Virus record (IMG/VR): IMGVR_UViG_3300014205_000170
Coordinates: 96,001 to 160,000 of that record
Strand: one strand, 5' to 3'
Source: a virus
Taxonomy: Duplodnaviria; Caudoviricetes
DNA: 64,000 nucleotides
Both the position numbers and the translations under genes were made by a program. The stretch's first letter is position 1. Each line of letters opens with the position of its first letter. Positions 19,593 to 29,901 of this stretch are shown piece by piece. The notes under the pieces are model-generated. The model was not told where the DNA came from, searched no databases, and saw only the letters and a list, made by a program, of their open reading frames with translations.

Positions 19593-20235
19593 TATAAAAA
19601 ATTTTTCCAAAGAATTAGAAGCAATAATACAAAAAAACGAACGCTTAGAAAGAGCGAATGAAATGTATAAACAACAATTGTTAGTTATTGCTATTAATAA
19701 TGGTGGCAGATTAAAACATTTAGATTACGACGACTTAAATAAAATAGATATGACTAAAATATCTATTGGTGTAGGATTCACCAGCCTCTCTGTCTCAAAT
19801 ACCGAAACAAATAAAATATTAAAAAGTTGGGATGAAGTTCCTTTAAAAAAAGAAAAAAAATAAATAATATGCAATATACAGAAAGCCAAACAGAAAAACT
19901 CACTTCAATAGAACAATGGCTTGTTCCAATAACAAATACAGTTATTGAAATAAGAAAGAAACATCATATTGATGTTCGTAAAGATGTTTATGAATACTTC
20001 ATAGGTCGTAGTTTTACTTTTCGGGAATTAAATGTTGATAGGACTATTGCTATTTCAAATATGGTTAGAAGAAACCACTTGTATGGTGAAGGCTCTCGTT
20101 TATTAACCGAATCCATTGAAAATATTGAAACCTTTCTGAAAGATGTAAAACAATTTGAATCTTCTGAAAATATTGTTTTATCAAACAAAGGTTGGATAGA
20201 TTATTTTAAAGAAAAGTTCACTTTTTAATAAGAAA

Positions 20236-20652
20236 ATGTTTCCAACATTTACTCATACATTCACTTATAAAGCATTACCTTTAAAAAGACAGTATAGTAA
20301 AAACAATTTTAAAATTCAAAAGTTTCATCGACTAGGTTGGTATCATGTTTTTTATAACGAACACTTAATTGGAACTTTTAGAAATGAATTTACTGAATTT
20401 GGTTCTGGACTAATTAGTTTATGGTCTACTTCTTTTAAAATGGAATTGGGCGCATTTGAAGATATGGCGATAGGCGGAACAGTTATTTTTAGATTATTAG
20501 ACACAGATAGGGTAAAACTACATATAATTGATGTTTTTCCGGAAACGTTTCAAAAATTTGTTTTCGCAAAATCTGTATTAGTTGAAAAACAAAACAAAAA
20601 TGTATTTCCTATTGCTCAACGTGTATTGGCTAGGACATTTATTAATGTATAA
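20236..20652 (+). CDS. hypothetical protein, KSVLVEK motif
   Basis: Motif at 20569-20589. Confidence 0.55.
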   Translation: MFPTFTHTFTYKALPLKRQYSKNNFKIQKFHRLGWYHVFYNEHLIGTFRNEFTEFGSGLISLWSTSFKMELGAFEDMAIGGTVIFRLLDTDRVKLHIIDVFPETFQKFVFAKSVLVEKQNKNVFPIAQRVLARTFINV

Positions 20653-21214
20653 TACTTTTAAAATATTTGAAATTTTACCACCTTTACCAATAGTTTCTGT
20701 AACTACCAGGGAAGTTTTATTTGAAAAACATAAAACATTGCAACTTAAACAAACTTATGAAAGACTTCAAAAAACTTTTCTTAAAAGAGGTGAATATATA
20801 TGGTTTGCAAATTGCAATACTTTTGAAATTACCAAATACGTGATTGCAAAAGTGCCGACAGAAATAATTTATAGACAACTAGACAGAGAAAACAGAATAA
20901 CTTTTTTTAGTCGAAGCGGTAAAGATGATATTTCTATTGGGTGTCAAAAATTTTTAGACTCTTTTGATGCTCAAACAGCAATTCCTGTTCAGGTTTTTGG
21001 AGTTTCGGATAAACAATTAATTTGTTCTTCTCAACAAAATGCTATTCTTGCATTGAAAATTTATATTCCACAAGCCATTAAAATGTTAAATGAACAGATT
21101 CAAAATTCAATCGAATTTCAATCTGCATTTAAAGTATTTGAAAAAAGAAAAATAATACAAAAACTATCAAAACTTCAAAAAAAAATTAATAGGTTCTTAT
21201 TAGAAAAAAAATAA
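20645..21214 (+). CDS. hypothetical protein, N-terminal REVLFEK motif
   Basis: Motif at 20708-20728; C-terminus NRFLLEKK is a near match. Confidence 0.55.
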   Translation: MYNTFKIFEILPPLPIVSVTTREVLFEKHKTLQLKQTYERLQKTFLKRGEYIWFANCNTFEITKYVIAKVPTEIIYRQLDRENRITFFSRSGKDDISIGCQKFLDSFDAQTAIPVQVFGVSDKQLICSSQQNAILALKIYIPQAIKMLNEQIQNSIEFQSAFKVFEKRKIIQKLSKLQKKINRFLLEKK

Positions 21215-21215
21215 T

Positions 21216-21223
21216 TATATTTG
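21216..21223 (+). promoter_or_regulatory. Bacteroidota sigma-A -7 element TATATTTG
   Basis: Intergenic, 4 nt before GTG 21228. Confidence 0.6.
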
Positions 21224-21227
21224 TATT

Positions 21228-21536
21228 GTGAAATTTATTCCTACAACATCAACTTTGAAAAATCCTTTACCGGACCCAGCAGCTTCACATCCTTTTATAC
21301 AATCATTAGGTGAAAACTATGAAGACATAATGTGCTATTGTTTAGGAGAACATTGGAGAGCAACTTCTTTAAAAGAATCCCTTAATTGGTTTAACAAAAG
21401 ACTCGGAATTACTATATCTGAAACCACTAATGTTTTGGAAACAAGTCAGATTATAAAATCAAGATATGAATGGCTTCTATGTTATCATAGATACAGAGAA
21501 GTATTAATAGAAAAAACACATAACATTTTAAGGTAA
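21228..21536 (+). CDS. hypothetical protein, C-terminal REVLIEK motif
   Basis: Motif at 21495-21515. Confidence 0.6.
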   Translation: MKFIPTTSTLKNPLPDPAASHPFIQSLGENYEDIMCYCLGEHWRATSLKESLNWFNKRLGITISETTNVLETSQIIKSRYEWLLCYHRYREVLIEKTHNILR

Positions 21537-22114
21537 TGGGTTGCGATATTCACACATATGTAGAAACTAGAAAAACTTCTAAACACAAATGGAGATTGTT
21601 AAATAAAGAACATTTTTCAAAATTTGATTATAGTTTAAAAGCTTTTATTAAAAATAGTACTTCTTCCCCTTTTTCCTCAAGACATTATGCATTATTTGGA
21701 GTTTTAGCTGGTGTTCGATATAATGACATAAAATCATTTGGTAAACCAAAAGGAATTCCAGATGATGTATCTTATTCAGTGGGAAAATTTTGGAAAGCCG
21801 AGGAGGGTGATGCACACTCAGCATCTCATTTAAGTGTTAAAGAATTAATCGAATTTAATTTTTTTGAAGAGATGGAATATGATGATAGCTTTTATGAAGA
21901 GTTTTCAATTCATCCACATAAATTTGGTAACACATTTGGAAACAGGGTCGTTTGCATTGAAAAAGAAAGACCTAAGAACATATACATGCATAAAAAATAT
22001 AAACAAACTTTAAAAGCTTTTATTGGAGAATTGTTTTTTGTACAACTAGATGAAATGTGTGATTTACATCAAGACCCCGAAAATGTTAGATTAGTATTTT
22101 GGTTTGATAATTAA
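21536..22114 (+). CDS. conserved phage protein (MGCDIH...RLVFWFDN type), internal RVVCIEK
   Basis: MGCDIH, R.Y.LF..LAGVR, KG.P.D.S, HS.S.L...EL, RLVFWFDN. Confidence 0.7.
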   Translation: MGCDIHTYVETRKTSKHKWRLLNKEHFSKFDYSLKAFIKNSTSSPFSSRHYALFGVLAGVRYNDIKSFGKPKGIPDDVSYSVGKFWKAEEGDAHSASHLSVKELIEFNFFEEMEYDDSFYEEFSIHPHKFGNTFGNRVVCIEKERPKNIYMHKKYKQTLKAFIGELFFVQLDEMCDLHQDPENVRLVFWFDN

Positions 22115-22614
22115 TGTCAATTCTTGATAACAGAACATATTATGTAGGTCATTTTACATTTACTCCAAATAGAGCCGGAGATACGCGAGATTTTATGGTT
22201 TTATATGCTGATGAACCAATAGGGACATTTTCAACAAGACAATCGGTCAAATCCACATATTCTCACAAAAACAATGAACCTTATTGTTATGAAATTTTTG
22301 AATTCCCTATTCTAGATGAAGAAAAAATTATTGTAGGTAGTTTTAAAGTCACTCTATTTCATTTGACTAGAGACCCTTATAACGATTTAAAAGAGAATGG
22401 TTTTAATAAATTAAAAATAGATAATATTCAAATCGATTTGTCAAAATCAGATTATATTAAAAAAAAATTTGTATCTCCAAGAGAAATATTAACTGAAAAA
22501 TATCAAGAAATTACTATAAATATTTACGGTCAGGTATATACAGTCAGAAAAGGTATCGCTCGATACAATAAAAACACCATAAATCAAACCTATTATAATT
22601 CTTTCCTTTTATAG
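22114..22614 (+). CDS. hypothetical protein, REILTEK motif
   Basis: Motif at 22480-22500. Confidence 0.55.
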   Translation: MSILDNRTYYVGHFTFTPNRAGDTRDFMVLYADEPIGTFSTRQSVKSTYSHKNNEPYCYEIFEFPILDEEKIIVGSFKVTLFHLTRDPYNDLKENGFNKLKIDNIQIDLSKSDYIKKKFVSPREILTEKYQEITINIYGQVYTVRKGIARYNKNTINQTYYNSFLL

Positions 22615-22624
22615 ATAATTTCTT

Positions 22625-22632
22625 TAAATTTG
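22625..22632 (+). promoter_or_regulatory. Bacteroidota sigma-A -7 element TAAATTTG
   Basis: Intergenic, 4 nt before ATG 22637. Confidence 0.6.
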
Positions 22633-22636
22633 CTAT

Positions 22637-22867
22637 ATGGCAGATTTTAAGATAAGATTCAATACTGAACATAAAAGTTCTGAATTAAAATGGCGAGTTT
22701 TAATAGATGAGGAAGAATATTTAGCAAAGCAAATCAATGTAAATTGTCCTTGTAAAACAAGTGAGGATTGGATTTTAATTAATGATTTTCCGGCTTTAAA
22801 ATACCACATTAGTTGCGAATCTGAAAAGTGGGATTGGAGCGAGGATAAAATTTTAATAATTTCTTAA
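22637..22867 (+). CDS. hypothetical protein
   Basis: ORF directly after the promoter. Confidence 0.6.
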   Translation: MADFKIRFNTEHKSSELKWRVLIDEEEYLAKQINVNCPCKTSEDWILINDFPALKYHISCESEKWDWSEDKILIIS

Positions 22868-23027
22868 TGAGGAAAATCAAACAATACTTTAGGATTTTCT
22901 GGTTCTATATCTCTAATAATCAGTGCAGTTTTTGTAAACAATGGTATCCAAAAGAACATTATGTGAAAGATACCATATTTGTTAAAAAATGCCATAAATG
23001 CTTTAAAAATAACCTTTAACCAGATTA

Positions 23028-23055
23028 GAAACATTTAAGCAATTCTTACGTTTAA
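23028..23055 (+). promoter_or_regulatory. ECF-sigma-type promoter GAAAC-N16-CGTTTAA
   Basis: Intergenic, just before the 23060 ORF. Confidence 0.7.
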
Positions 23056-23059
23056 TACC

Positions 23060-23398
23060 TTGGTGGGTGATTTACTAAAAAACAAAGAAGTTACAATAAA
23101 AAAAGCTAGGTTTTGTTGGGGTTGTGCCTCAAAAAAAGAACCTGGCACAATAATGAATTATCTGGTCTACGTTGAAGATTCTGACCTTTTAACATCATAT
23201 TGGTGTGAAGTATGTAATGCATATTTTAATTCACATTCAGAATATTTGGATGACGGTATACTGTATGGGGAACTTAAAGGAGAAAGGTCATATGAAGAAT
23301 TTAAGCAAGATTATTTACATCCAACACGAGAAGTACTTTTTGAAAAAAATATTGAATTTTGGAAAGGGTTTATGGCAAGAATAAAATTACACAAATAA
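23060..23398 (+). CDS. zinc-binding phage protein, C-terminal REVLFEK motif
   Basis: KKARFCWGC...YWCEVC; motif at 23327-23347. Confidence 0.6.
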   Translation: MVGDLLKNKEVTIKKARFCWGCASKKEPGTIMNYLVYVEDSDLLTSYWCEVCNAYFNSHSEYLDDGILYGELKGERSYEEFKQDYLHPTREVLFEKNIEFWKGFMARIKLHK

Positions 23399-23401
23399 AA
23401 T

Positions 23402-23863
23402 ATGAAAAATCAAGAACAAACATTTTTAAAAAAATACTGGAATTTAATATTTGTAATTTTAATTACTCTTTGTGCAATTTTAGCACTTGCTTTTGCATTG
23501 TCATATTTTGAAAAAAAGGATGAGCTTATTAAAATTCAAAATCAATATAACAAACTTTTTTTAGAAGAATCAACCATTAATAGTACTTTAAAAAAACAAA
23601 CAGTTCGTGCGGATTCAATGAATAAAATTTTAAATCGTATTGGAAAGTATATGCCAATGGCAGCTTCTCTTCAATATAGAGATTCTGTATGTTCAAAACT
23701 ACCATATAAAACCGGAACTGTTATTTGGCTAAAACCAGATTCATTAAAATGTGTTATTACTTCGTTTGTAATTAAAGGTAGTCAATGGCAACACAGTGTA
23801 TCTTACTTAGTAAAAGATAGTTCCGGAAAGGAAAAAGAAATTTCTCCTGAAATTATTTACTAA
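23402..23863 (+). CDS. membrane-anchored hypothetical protein
   Basis: Single N-terminal TM helix followed by a coiled coil. Confidence 0.6.
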   Translation: MKNQEQTFLKKYWNLIFVILITLCAILALAFALSYFEKKDELIKIQNQYNKLFLEESTINSTLKKQTVRADSMNKILNRIGKYMPMAASLQYRDSVCSKLPYKTGTVIWLKPDSLKCVITSFVIKGSQWQHSVSYLVKDSSGKEKEISPEIIY

Positions 23864-24300
23864 TGACCATTAGAAAAAGAATAAAAAATAAATGGCATTC
23901 TCAATTAGGGGATTTTTTATTTAAAAGGGCCACATATCATCCAACGGGTGAACGCTCTTTTGAAGTGTGGTATAAACATGATTTTATTGGTGATTGTTTT
24001 TTAGGGAATTCTTATTGGATAAAGACCATTGACCCTTTCCCTGAATCTATATCTTCTAATTATAAAGAAGAGGATTTAAGAGTCGCAAGAATAGATATGA
24101 GACTTGAAGCTAATAAAGAATTTATAAGTGGACATGTTGGTAGATTGATTTACACAGGACTTAGAAATCAATTTCCAGAAAAAATTCTGTATGTTGAATT
24201 ACATGATAATATTTTAAAATTAAAAAACAGCATTGTTACAAAAACAGTATTTGTAGAAAAACTCAAAAAAAAATTAGTTCCAAAAGAAGATGAGTTTTAA
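23863..24300 (+). CDS. hypothetical protein, C-terminal KTVFVEK motif
   Basis: Motif at 24241-24261. Confidence 0.55.
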   Translation: MTIRKRIKNKWHSQLGDFLFKRATYHPTGERSFEVWYKHDFIGDCFLGNSYWIKTIDPFPESISSNYKEEDLRVARIDMRLEANKEFISGHVGRLIYTGLRNQFPEKILYVELHDNILKLKNSIVTKTVFVEKLKKKLVPKEDEF

Positions 24301-24751
24301 GAAAAAAAACAAAAAGAATAAGGGTGGTCCTAGAAAAAAATGGTCTAAAACCAAAGGAGATTTCACTGTAAAACATCCAATTTATGATGGAGGAGATGTT
24401 TATATTGATGTATATTATAAAGATGAATTAATAGGCATTGTTGAATCTTATTCAACACTTAGATATTTAGACCAAACTGATGAATATGAACTTGTAATTA
24501 ATTCAATACAAAAAGAAGATGCAGTCGAAATTTTTCGTTCGAGAGTTATTGGTTTTATGAAATGCAGAGGATTATCTCATAGATTACCAAAAGTAATTGA
24601 TAATATATATTTAAGTGCAGATTGTGAACTCATTTTAACAAAATGTTTATTAATAGAAAAATATTTCGAAAATAATCAAACACGATTTGTTGTGGGACTA
24701 TCACCTATAAGACGAAGAAGAAGAGTTGCAGCCAAAGGACCTGACCGTTAA
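24290..24751 (+). CDS. hypothetical protein, KCLLIEK motif
   Basis: Motif at 24641-24661; N-terminus resembles the preceding ORF (K.KW...GDF......Y.....V.YK...IG). Confidence 0.55.
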   Translation: MSFKKKNKKNKGGPRKKWSKTKGDFTVKHPIYDGGDVYIDVYYKDELIGIVESYSTLRYLDQTDEYELVINSIQKEDAVEIFRSRVIGFMKCRGLSHRLPKVIDNIYLSADCELILTKCLLIEKYFENNQTRFVVGLSPIRRRRRVAAKGPDR

Positions 24752-25149
24752 TGTTAAACAACAGAGTAAATATTGATAAATTTAATTATACTTTTAAAGT
24801 ATATTCTGAAGAAGAAATTAAACAAGTTCGTTTTAATGTTATGAAAATAATTATTGTAAAGAACAAAGGACATGCTAGAGCTATTCGTAAAAGAACAAAA
24901 TGTAATGAAGTAATAACCGGAGATATTTTTTATAGTGAATCATGGTGGTTAGAGGCAGAAGAATTTAAATTTCTTCCTCCCACAAAAACAGGAATGGCCA
25001 TACAAAGGAACAATGAAATAATTTGGTACTCAATTCCTGGCATTCCAAAAGGAACCGCTAAGCGTACAATATTATTTGAAAAAAGCCCCAGAACACGTTT
25101 AAAAATAAAAATAAAACACACTCAATTATCAAACAAATATGATATTTAA
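24751..25149 (+). CDS. hypothetical protein, RTILFEK motif
   Basis: Motif at 25063-25083. Confidence 0.55.
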   Translation: MLNNRVNIDKFNYTFKVYSEEEIKQVRFNVMKIIIVKNKGHARAIRKRTKCNEVITGDIFYSESWWLEAEEFKFLPPTKTGMAIQRNNEIIWYSIPGIPKGTAKRTILFEKSPRTRLKIKIKHTQLSNKYDI

Positions 25150-25477
25150 AGATTTATTAAAATACGTAGACCATGAAACATCGTGGTTAAAATCGTATGG
25201 TCTTATAGAAGAAAGAAAAAAAGACCTTTATAATGATACCAATTTTTACGAACGCTTACAGCGCGTACATACCAATTCTAGAACAGTAGCATTACCATTA
25301 AGGTGTGCTGCTGTCTATATTACGAGTAAGAAACCGGTTTTAGAATCAACCATTGAAGAATTGGAATGTGTATCTGGACCAAGAAATCATCAAATTAATG
25401 TTTATACTCCATTGGAGTATTTCTTTGCTAAAAACATAGAAGGATGTGAAGATTTAAAGGCAATATTGCGTTCTTAA
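25139..25477 (+). CDS. hypothetical protein
   Basis: ORF in the gene run. Confidence 0.55.
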   Translation: MIFKDLLKYVDHETSWLKSYGLIEERKKDLYNDTNFYERLQRVHTNSRTVALPLRCAAVYITSKKPVLESTIEELECVSGPRNHQINVYTPLEYFFAKNIEGCEDLKAILRS

Positions 25478-25502
25478 ACATTTACAATGAAAGCCATGAC
25501 AA

Positions 25503-25510
25503 TATATTTG
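25503..25510 (+). promoter_or_regulatory. Bacteroidota sigma-A -7 element TATATTTG
   Basis: 4 nt before ATG 25515. Confidence 0.6.
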
Positions 25511-25514
25511 TCAC

Positions 25515-26051
25515 ATGGCTTTGGTTCAATCAAAAAAGGTATTATTTGAAAAAACATCTAAATTATCTTCATCGATAGGATTTAGATTTGTGAACAACAT
25601 TGCATTTATTACTGATAAACACATAGCTTTTCATTTTAAAAATGATAATTTAAATTGCATATTAGTATGGACATCCCTTCAAAAAGAGTGTTTTCATACA
25701 GATAATGGCCTATCTAATAAAATGAATCATTTTTATGAGAAAACCATAAATCAAAACAACTTCTTTTATGAGGGTTTAGGTTTAATGTCTGAAACATCTT
25801 TCATCAATTCAGGGTTTAAAGAATTATCAAAAAATGCTAATGTTTGGGAAACAATAAATAAATTATGTTTAATTGGAGAAATCGTCAAAATAAATGTTTT
25901 AAAGTATTTAGATAACATTTATACTGTAGATGATGCCATAGCCTCAACAACACTGTCAACAGACCATTTATTCAACACTTTAAAGACTCAGTTTGTTAAT
26001 TTAACAATGAATGAATTTCAAAGAAAATTTCAAACAATTGGAATACCATAA
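25515..26051 (+). CDS. hypothetical protein, N-terminal KKVLFEK motif
   Basis: Motif at 25533-25553. Confidence 0.6.
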   Translation: MALVQSKKVLFEKTSKLSSSIGFRFVNNIAFITDKHIAFHFKNDNLNCILVWTSLQKECFHTDNGLSNKMNHFYEKTINQNNFFYEGLGLMSETSFINSGFKELSKNANVWETINKLCLIGEIVKINVLKYLDNIYTVDDAIASTTLSTDHLFNTLKTQFVNLTMNEFQRKFQTIGIP

Positions 26052-26066
26052 TTTAAATAAAATCAT

Positions 26067-26074
26067 TATCTTTG
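26067..26074 (+). promoter_or_regulatory. Bacteroidota sigma-A -7 element TATCTTTG
   Basis: 5 nt before ATG 26080. Confidence 0.6.
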
Positions 26075-26079
26075 AGTAA

Positions 26080-26550
26080 ATGAACAAGACCACTAAACCC
26101 ACTATTATAGACGACATTGTATTTGAAGTGCAATTTGCATTGTGTGATGTCCTATATAGAAAACTTTTGAGTTTACTGGCTTCTACTCATACGGAAACTT
26201 TATTATTACCTTTTAATGAATTATATCAATTTCGTTTAAGTGCGGAGTTAAATGCAAAATATGCTTTAAGTTTTTATTCTAAAAGAACGAATAATAGTCA
26301 ATCTTATGAGGATATGTTGGATTTTAAAAAGAAAATTTCTATTACTGAAATTCAGGACCCAGTAATATTATTTATTTTAGAACAAAAATTAGAAAATAAA
26401 CCTGAGCTTTATTCTGCGTGGGCAGAGACAGTAAAAAAAGCTATTAAAAAGTTAATGGAAGAAGAAAAAAAATTTAAAAATATTTTAGAGGATATTAAAA
26501 ATTTACCTTTTGATTCTCCGACACGAGAAGTAATTATTGAAAAGAATTAA
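26080..26550 (+). CDS. hypothetical protein, C-terminal REVIIEK motif
   Basis: Motif at 26524-26544, one residue before the stop. Confidence 0.6.
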   Translation: MNKTTKPTIIDDIVFEVQFALCDVLYRKLLSLLASTHTETLLLPFNELYQFRLSAELNAKYALSFYSKRTNNSQSYEDMLDFKKKISITEIQDPVILFILEQKLENKPELYSAWAETVKKAIKKLMEEEKKFKNILEDIKNLPFDSPTREVIIEKN

Positions 26551-26783
26551 TGGAAATTGAATATAAATTATCATATTTTGAAACACCTAAGAGAAAAGTT
26601 TTAATTGAAAAAAACAATCCTAGTTGGTTAGATGCTTATTTTGATACTACATTTTCGGTAGATATAAATGCGCTCTTTTTACAACAAGTGGCTCTACAAA
26701 CCATAATGAAAGATAATATGTTTTCTTCTGTTGGGATACCTTCTCATTTAATAAAACCGTCTAATGAGAATAGTGCTGATTGA
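26550..26783 (+). CDS. small protein, N-terminal RKVLIEK motif
   Basis: Motif at 26592-26612. Confidence 0.55.
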   Translation: MEIEYKLSYFETPKRKVLIEKNNPSWLDAYFDTTFSVDINALFLQQVALQTIMKDNMFSSVGIPSHLIKPSNENSAD

Positions 26784-27390
26784 AAAAACATTAGACAATA
26801 AAGACCTTTTAAATTTAAGTGACACTCTTAAAAAAGCCAATCTTGTTACTGAAATTGTGTTTTTTTCAAATGACCTTATAATTTTTAGAGGTGAAAATAC
26901 TTTTATAAAGAAAGCAAATCATAGAAAAGCTTATGATGTAAAAACACAAAGAATAATTGCAATATCTTGTATGGCTTTACCCCAAAAAGAGTTTCTATAT
27001 TTAAGAAATAAAATACACTCTTTGGATATCTCAAATTATTATCCAAAATTTGATGGGATACCATATAGATTTATAAATTTACTAGGTCATGATAGGGTAT
27101 TGAAATCATTTCAACCAAATGAATTTTACGAACAACATGAAAAAGAAATAATAAATTTAATTTTCAGCAGTCATATAACTTTAAAAAAGAGTGTTAAAGA
27201 ATTTTTATCTTATGATTTAAATAATATGAGAGATAGTATAATCAAGGAAATTTTTAAAAATTATTCTAATGTGTATAAATTTTATCGTAAGCAAATAAAT
27301 ACACAAATTATTGAAGATGAAATCGTAAAAAAAGCTAAACAAATGAGATTATTAAATTTAAATAAAAATGGAAAACAACAAGTGGCTTAA
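26764..27390 (+). CDS. hypothetical protein beginning M-RIVLIEK
   Basis: Motif at 26767-26787, directly after the initiator Met. Confidence 0.6.
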   Translation: MRIVLIEKTLDNKDLLNLSDTLKKANLVTEIVFFSNDLIIFRGENTFIKKANHRKAYDVKTQRIIAISCMALPQKEFLYLRNKIHSLDISNYYPKFDGIPYRFINLLGHDRVLKSFQPNEFYEQHEKEIINLIFSSHITLKKSVKEFLSYDLNNMRDSIIKEIFKNYSNVYKFYRKQINTQIIEDEIVKKAKQMRLLNLNKNGKQQVA

Positions 27391-27681
27391 AAGAAAATTT
27401 CCAAATTCTTTTGAACGTATAAAGAATTTCTTAGACGATAACCAATTTCAACAGTTTAAAAATTACAAATTTAGAATTGGAATTTTAAAAGAAGACTTAA
27501 TGAACTGTCAAAACTATCCAAAAGATTCTATTTTTTTATATAAGATGAATAAAGTTTATTATAAAAATAGGTGGACTGGAGACTATGATATGTATTTAGT
27601 TTTTAAATGTCAAAAAGGATACACAGCAAGTGGATACCATGGATTCATTTGTAGTGGAGTAAAATACGAAGAAGTCCTATC

Positions 27682-28662
27682 TTAATTAAAAAGTTCTGCC
27701 ATTCCCGGATGACGTTTAAGTAAATCATCTTTTTGTTCTGTATGTAATGGGGTAACTCTAATATTTACTTGATGTGCAAATTCAGGATACTTACGCAAAA
27801 CTTTATACAATTCATCAGGAACAAAAAGAGTTGGTTTTTGTGAATAAAGAGTATTAATGTTCTCTAAACTTAAATCTTTTAATTCAAAATTACTATCCGG
27901 TTTATAAGTGCTAGGATTCATGGACTTAATACCAATGGCAGTATCTAAAAGAAAATCTATTATATAAGGATGATATTCAGCTTTTGGTTTAGTATTCATT
28001 CTTCCTCTTAATTGAATTAGATTACCTTTATGTACATCTCCAGTTAAAACGGGATTCTTATATTTACGCAAAGAATAAAGTCTTCCAACCCCATTACCAC
28101 AATGACCCATAGCTCTTGCTTCTGCTGGACAATTGCTAGACAAAAGGTCAAGCCAGTAAAAGCCATTAGGGTACGTTTTAATGATATTACCGGTTTCATC
28201 AACAATAGCTGCCGCTTTTAATCTTTGTACTTCTAAATGCCAAGCCTCAGCTCTACGTATAGCCTCTGCATAAGAAAGGGTCTTTAAATTGATTTCATCT
28301 GTTTCTGGGGCTAATTCTCTACGATTTTGAAGCCAACCCATTACTTCTCGAAATGCTCCACCAAAATATGCCTTTTGTCTTGAAAGTTGATTTATTAAGG
28401 AAGGGGGAGTTTTATCTCCTGCTAATTTTAATAGCATAAAATGGGCTATTGCTTCTTTATTACCAGAAATCTTTTTAACAGCTTCTGCTTTAAAGGTATT
28501 AGCTATCCAAAGTTGAAACTTTTCAGGATATTCAGAGGTAATCCAATCTGATATAACAGAGGGTAATTTGATTTTATCCACTATAATATTAGTGTTTTTG
28601 TCCTCTGTAATAAGAATTTGCCTTACTTCTTTGATTATCTGTGTTTTAATTTGGCTTTTCAT
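27682..28662 (-). CDS. PcfJ-like domain protein with a putative virion-type N-terminal leader
   Basis: EARAMGHCG...LYSLR...QLRGRMN.KP pattern; N-terminus IIKEVRQILITE; inverted relative to neighbours. Confidence 0.55.
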   Translation of the reverse strand: MKSQIKTQIIKEVRQILITEDKNTNIIVDKIKLPSVISDWITSEYPEKFQLWIANTFKAEAVKKISGNKEAIAHFMLLKLAGDKTPPSLINQLSRQKAYFGGAFREVMGWLQNRRELAPETDEINLKTLSYAEAIRRAEAWHLEVQRLKAAAIVDETGNIIKTYPNGFYWLDLLSSNCPAEARAMGHCGNGVGRLYSLRKYKNPVLTGDVHKGNLIQLRGRMNTKPKAEYHPYIIDFLLDTAIGIKSMNPSTYKPDSNFELKDLSLENINTLYSQKPTLFVPDELYKVLRKYPEFAHQVNIRVTPLHTEQKDDLLKRHPGMAELFN

Positions 28663-28667
28663 ATTAA

Positions 28668-28674
28668 ATAAATA
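28668..28674 (-). promoter_or_regulatory. putative late promoter TATTTAT
   Basis: 5 nt upstream of the ATG at 28662. Confidence 0.45.
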
Positions 28675-28687
28675 TGTTAAATTTTCT

Positions 28688-28715
28688 GTAACTTTATCAC
28701 AAATATAGCGTTTAA
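28688..28715 (+). promoter_or_regulatory. ECF-sigma-type promoter GTAAC-N16-CGTTTAA
   Basis: Divergent intergenic region. Confidence 0.72.
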
Positions 28716-28765
28716 AAATTCAATGAAAACTACTAAAAATTATACATTTATTAAAAAAAAATAAT

Positions 28766-29302
28766 ATGGATGTAGGTTTAAATAACAAAAACACACTTGG
28801 TGAAATAGCGCCGGAATTCAAAGATGTTGTATTCTTCGTAGAAGCTACGAGCGCTGAAAAATTTAATCTTTGGCAGGAATGGTCTGAAGAAAGTAGAACT
28901 AATATCGAACCACTTTCAGATGACTTTATTAATTCTTTACCGGAATCATGTAAACAAAAAATTAAAGACCTCAACGACCAAGTGAAAGATTTTAAACACA
29001 CGAGAGTTAATTGGGAAGAAGTTAGTGCTGGTTTTATGCTTACAATAGGAAAAGTATACAAAAAACCAGTAAGTGTATGTTTTAATTTCGCTTTCATAAA
29101 TGGACATAAAATATGTTTTTATGAATGTACTTCTCAAATGGCTGACCACAAAATGATTGAGGATTGGCTTATTAGCAAATTCCAATTAACACATGATAAA
29201 TATTCACGTTGGAATCACACTAATGCAACAAATTTTCATAATTGTGTAAATAGTCTTGATAGTATTGATAAAGAACCAAGAAATACAATCTATAAAAAAT
29301 AA
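28766..29302 (+). CDS. hypothetical phage protein
   Basis: 178 aa ORF after the promoter. Confidence 0.65.
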   Translation: MDVGLNNKNTLGEIAPEFKDVVFFVEATSAEKFNLWQEWSEESRTNIEPLSDDFINSLPESCKQKIKDLNDQVKDFKHTRVNWEEVSAGFMLTIGKVYKKPVSVCFNFAFINGHKICFYECTSQMADHKMIEDWLISKFQLTHDKYSRWNHTNATNFHNCVNSLDSIDKEPRNTIYKK

Positions 29303-29341
29303 ATTAGAGAGTCTAGTTTACTTATATTAAAGCAAACAATA

Positions 29342-29893
29342 ATGGGATACAGAAATTATATTGGTTCTTTACCAAGAAAAGAATATGATAAAATCAAGGA
29401 TTTTACAAAAGAAGAATTGTATAAATACAAAAATGTAGACAAAGATGATTATCTTGGTGTTTTTGATTTAAAAGAAAAAGAATTATATGAATTTGGAAAA
29501 TATTGTGATTTTGCAAGAGATTTTTTCAAACCTGTTTTTTCCAATAAAGAATTACAAGAGGATTATAATGAGGAACAAGATTGTTATCTTGTCGAAAAAG
29601 ATTTTTTGAAACACGTCATTGAACACTACACAAAACAAACTCAGGATTTTTATCTCGAATTAGTAAAAAACTCTAACAATAACGTAAATAGCATATCACA
29701 ACAAAACTTAGAGAAACTATTTGCTCACATAAGAAGCATGTCTTCCGAATGGAATTATCTCACACCTTTCAAATTAGATGAAGGAGAAAGCATAACAACT
29801 AGCTGGAAATATGAATATGCCATTTTTGAATTGGTTCGTTTGTATAAACATTTTGATTGGGAAAATAACGTAGTAATTTATTATGGTTATTAA
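29342..29893 (+). CDS. hypothetical phage protein
   Basis: MGYR...SWKYEY.IFEL....K.FDW....YYGY pattern. Confidence 0.65.
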   Translation: MGYRNYIGSLPRKEYDKIKDFTKEELYKYKNVDKDDYLGVFDLKEKELYEFGKYCDFARDFFKPVFSNKELQEDYNEEQDCYLVEKDFLKHVIEHYTKQTQDFYLELVKNSNNNVNSISQQNLEKLFAHIRSMSSEWNYLTPFKLDEGESITTSWKYEYAIFELVRLYKHFDWENNVVIYYGY

Positions 29894-29901
29894 TTTTTAG
29901 T

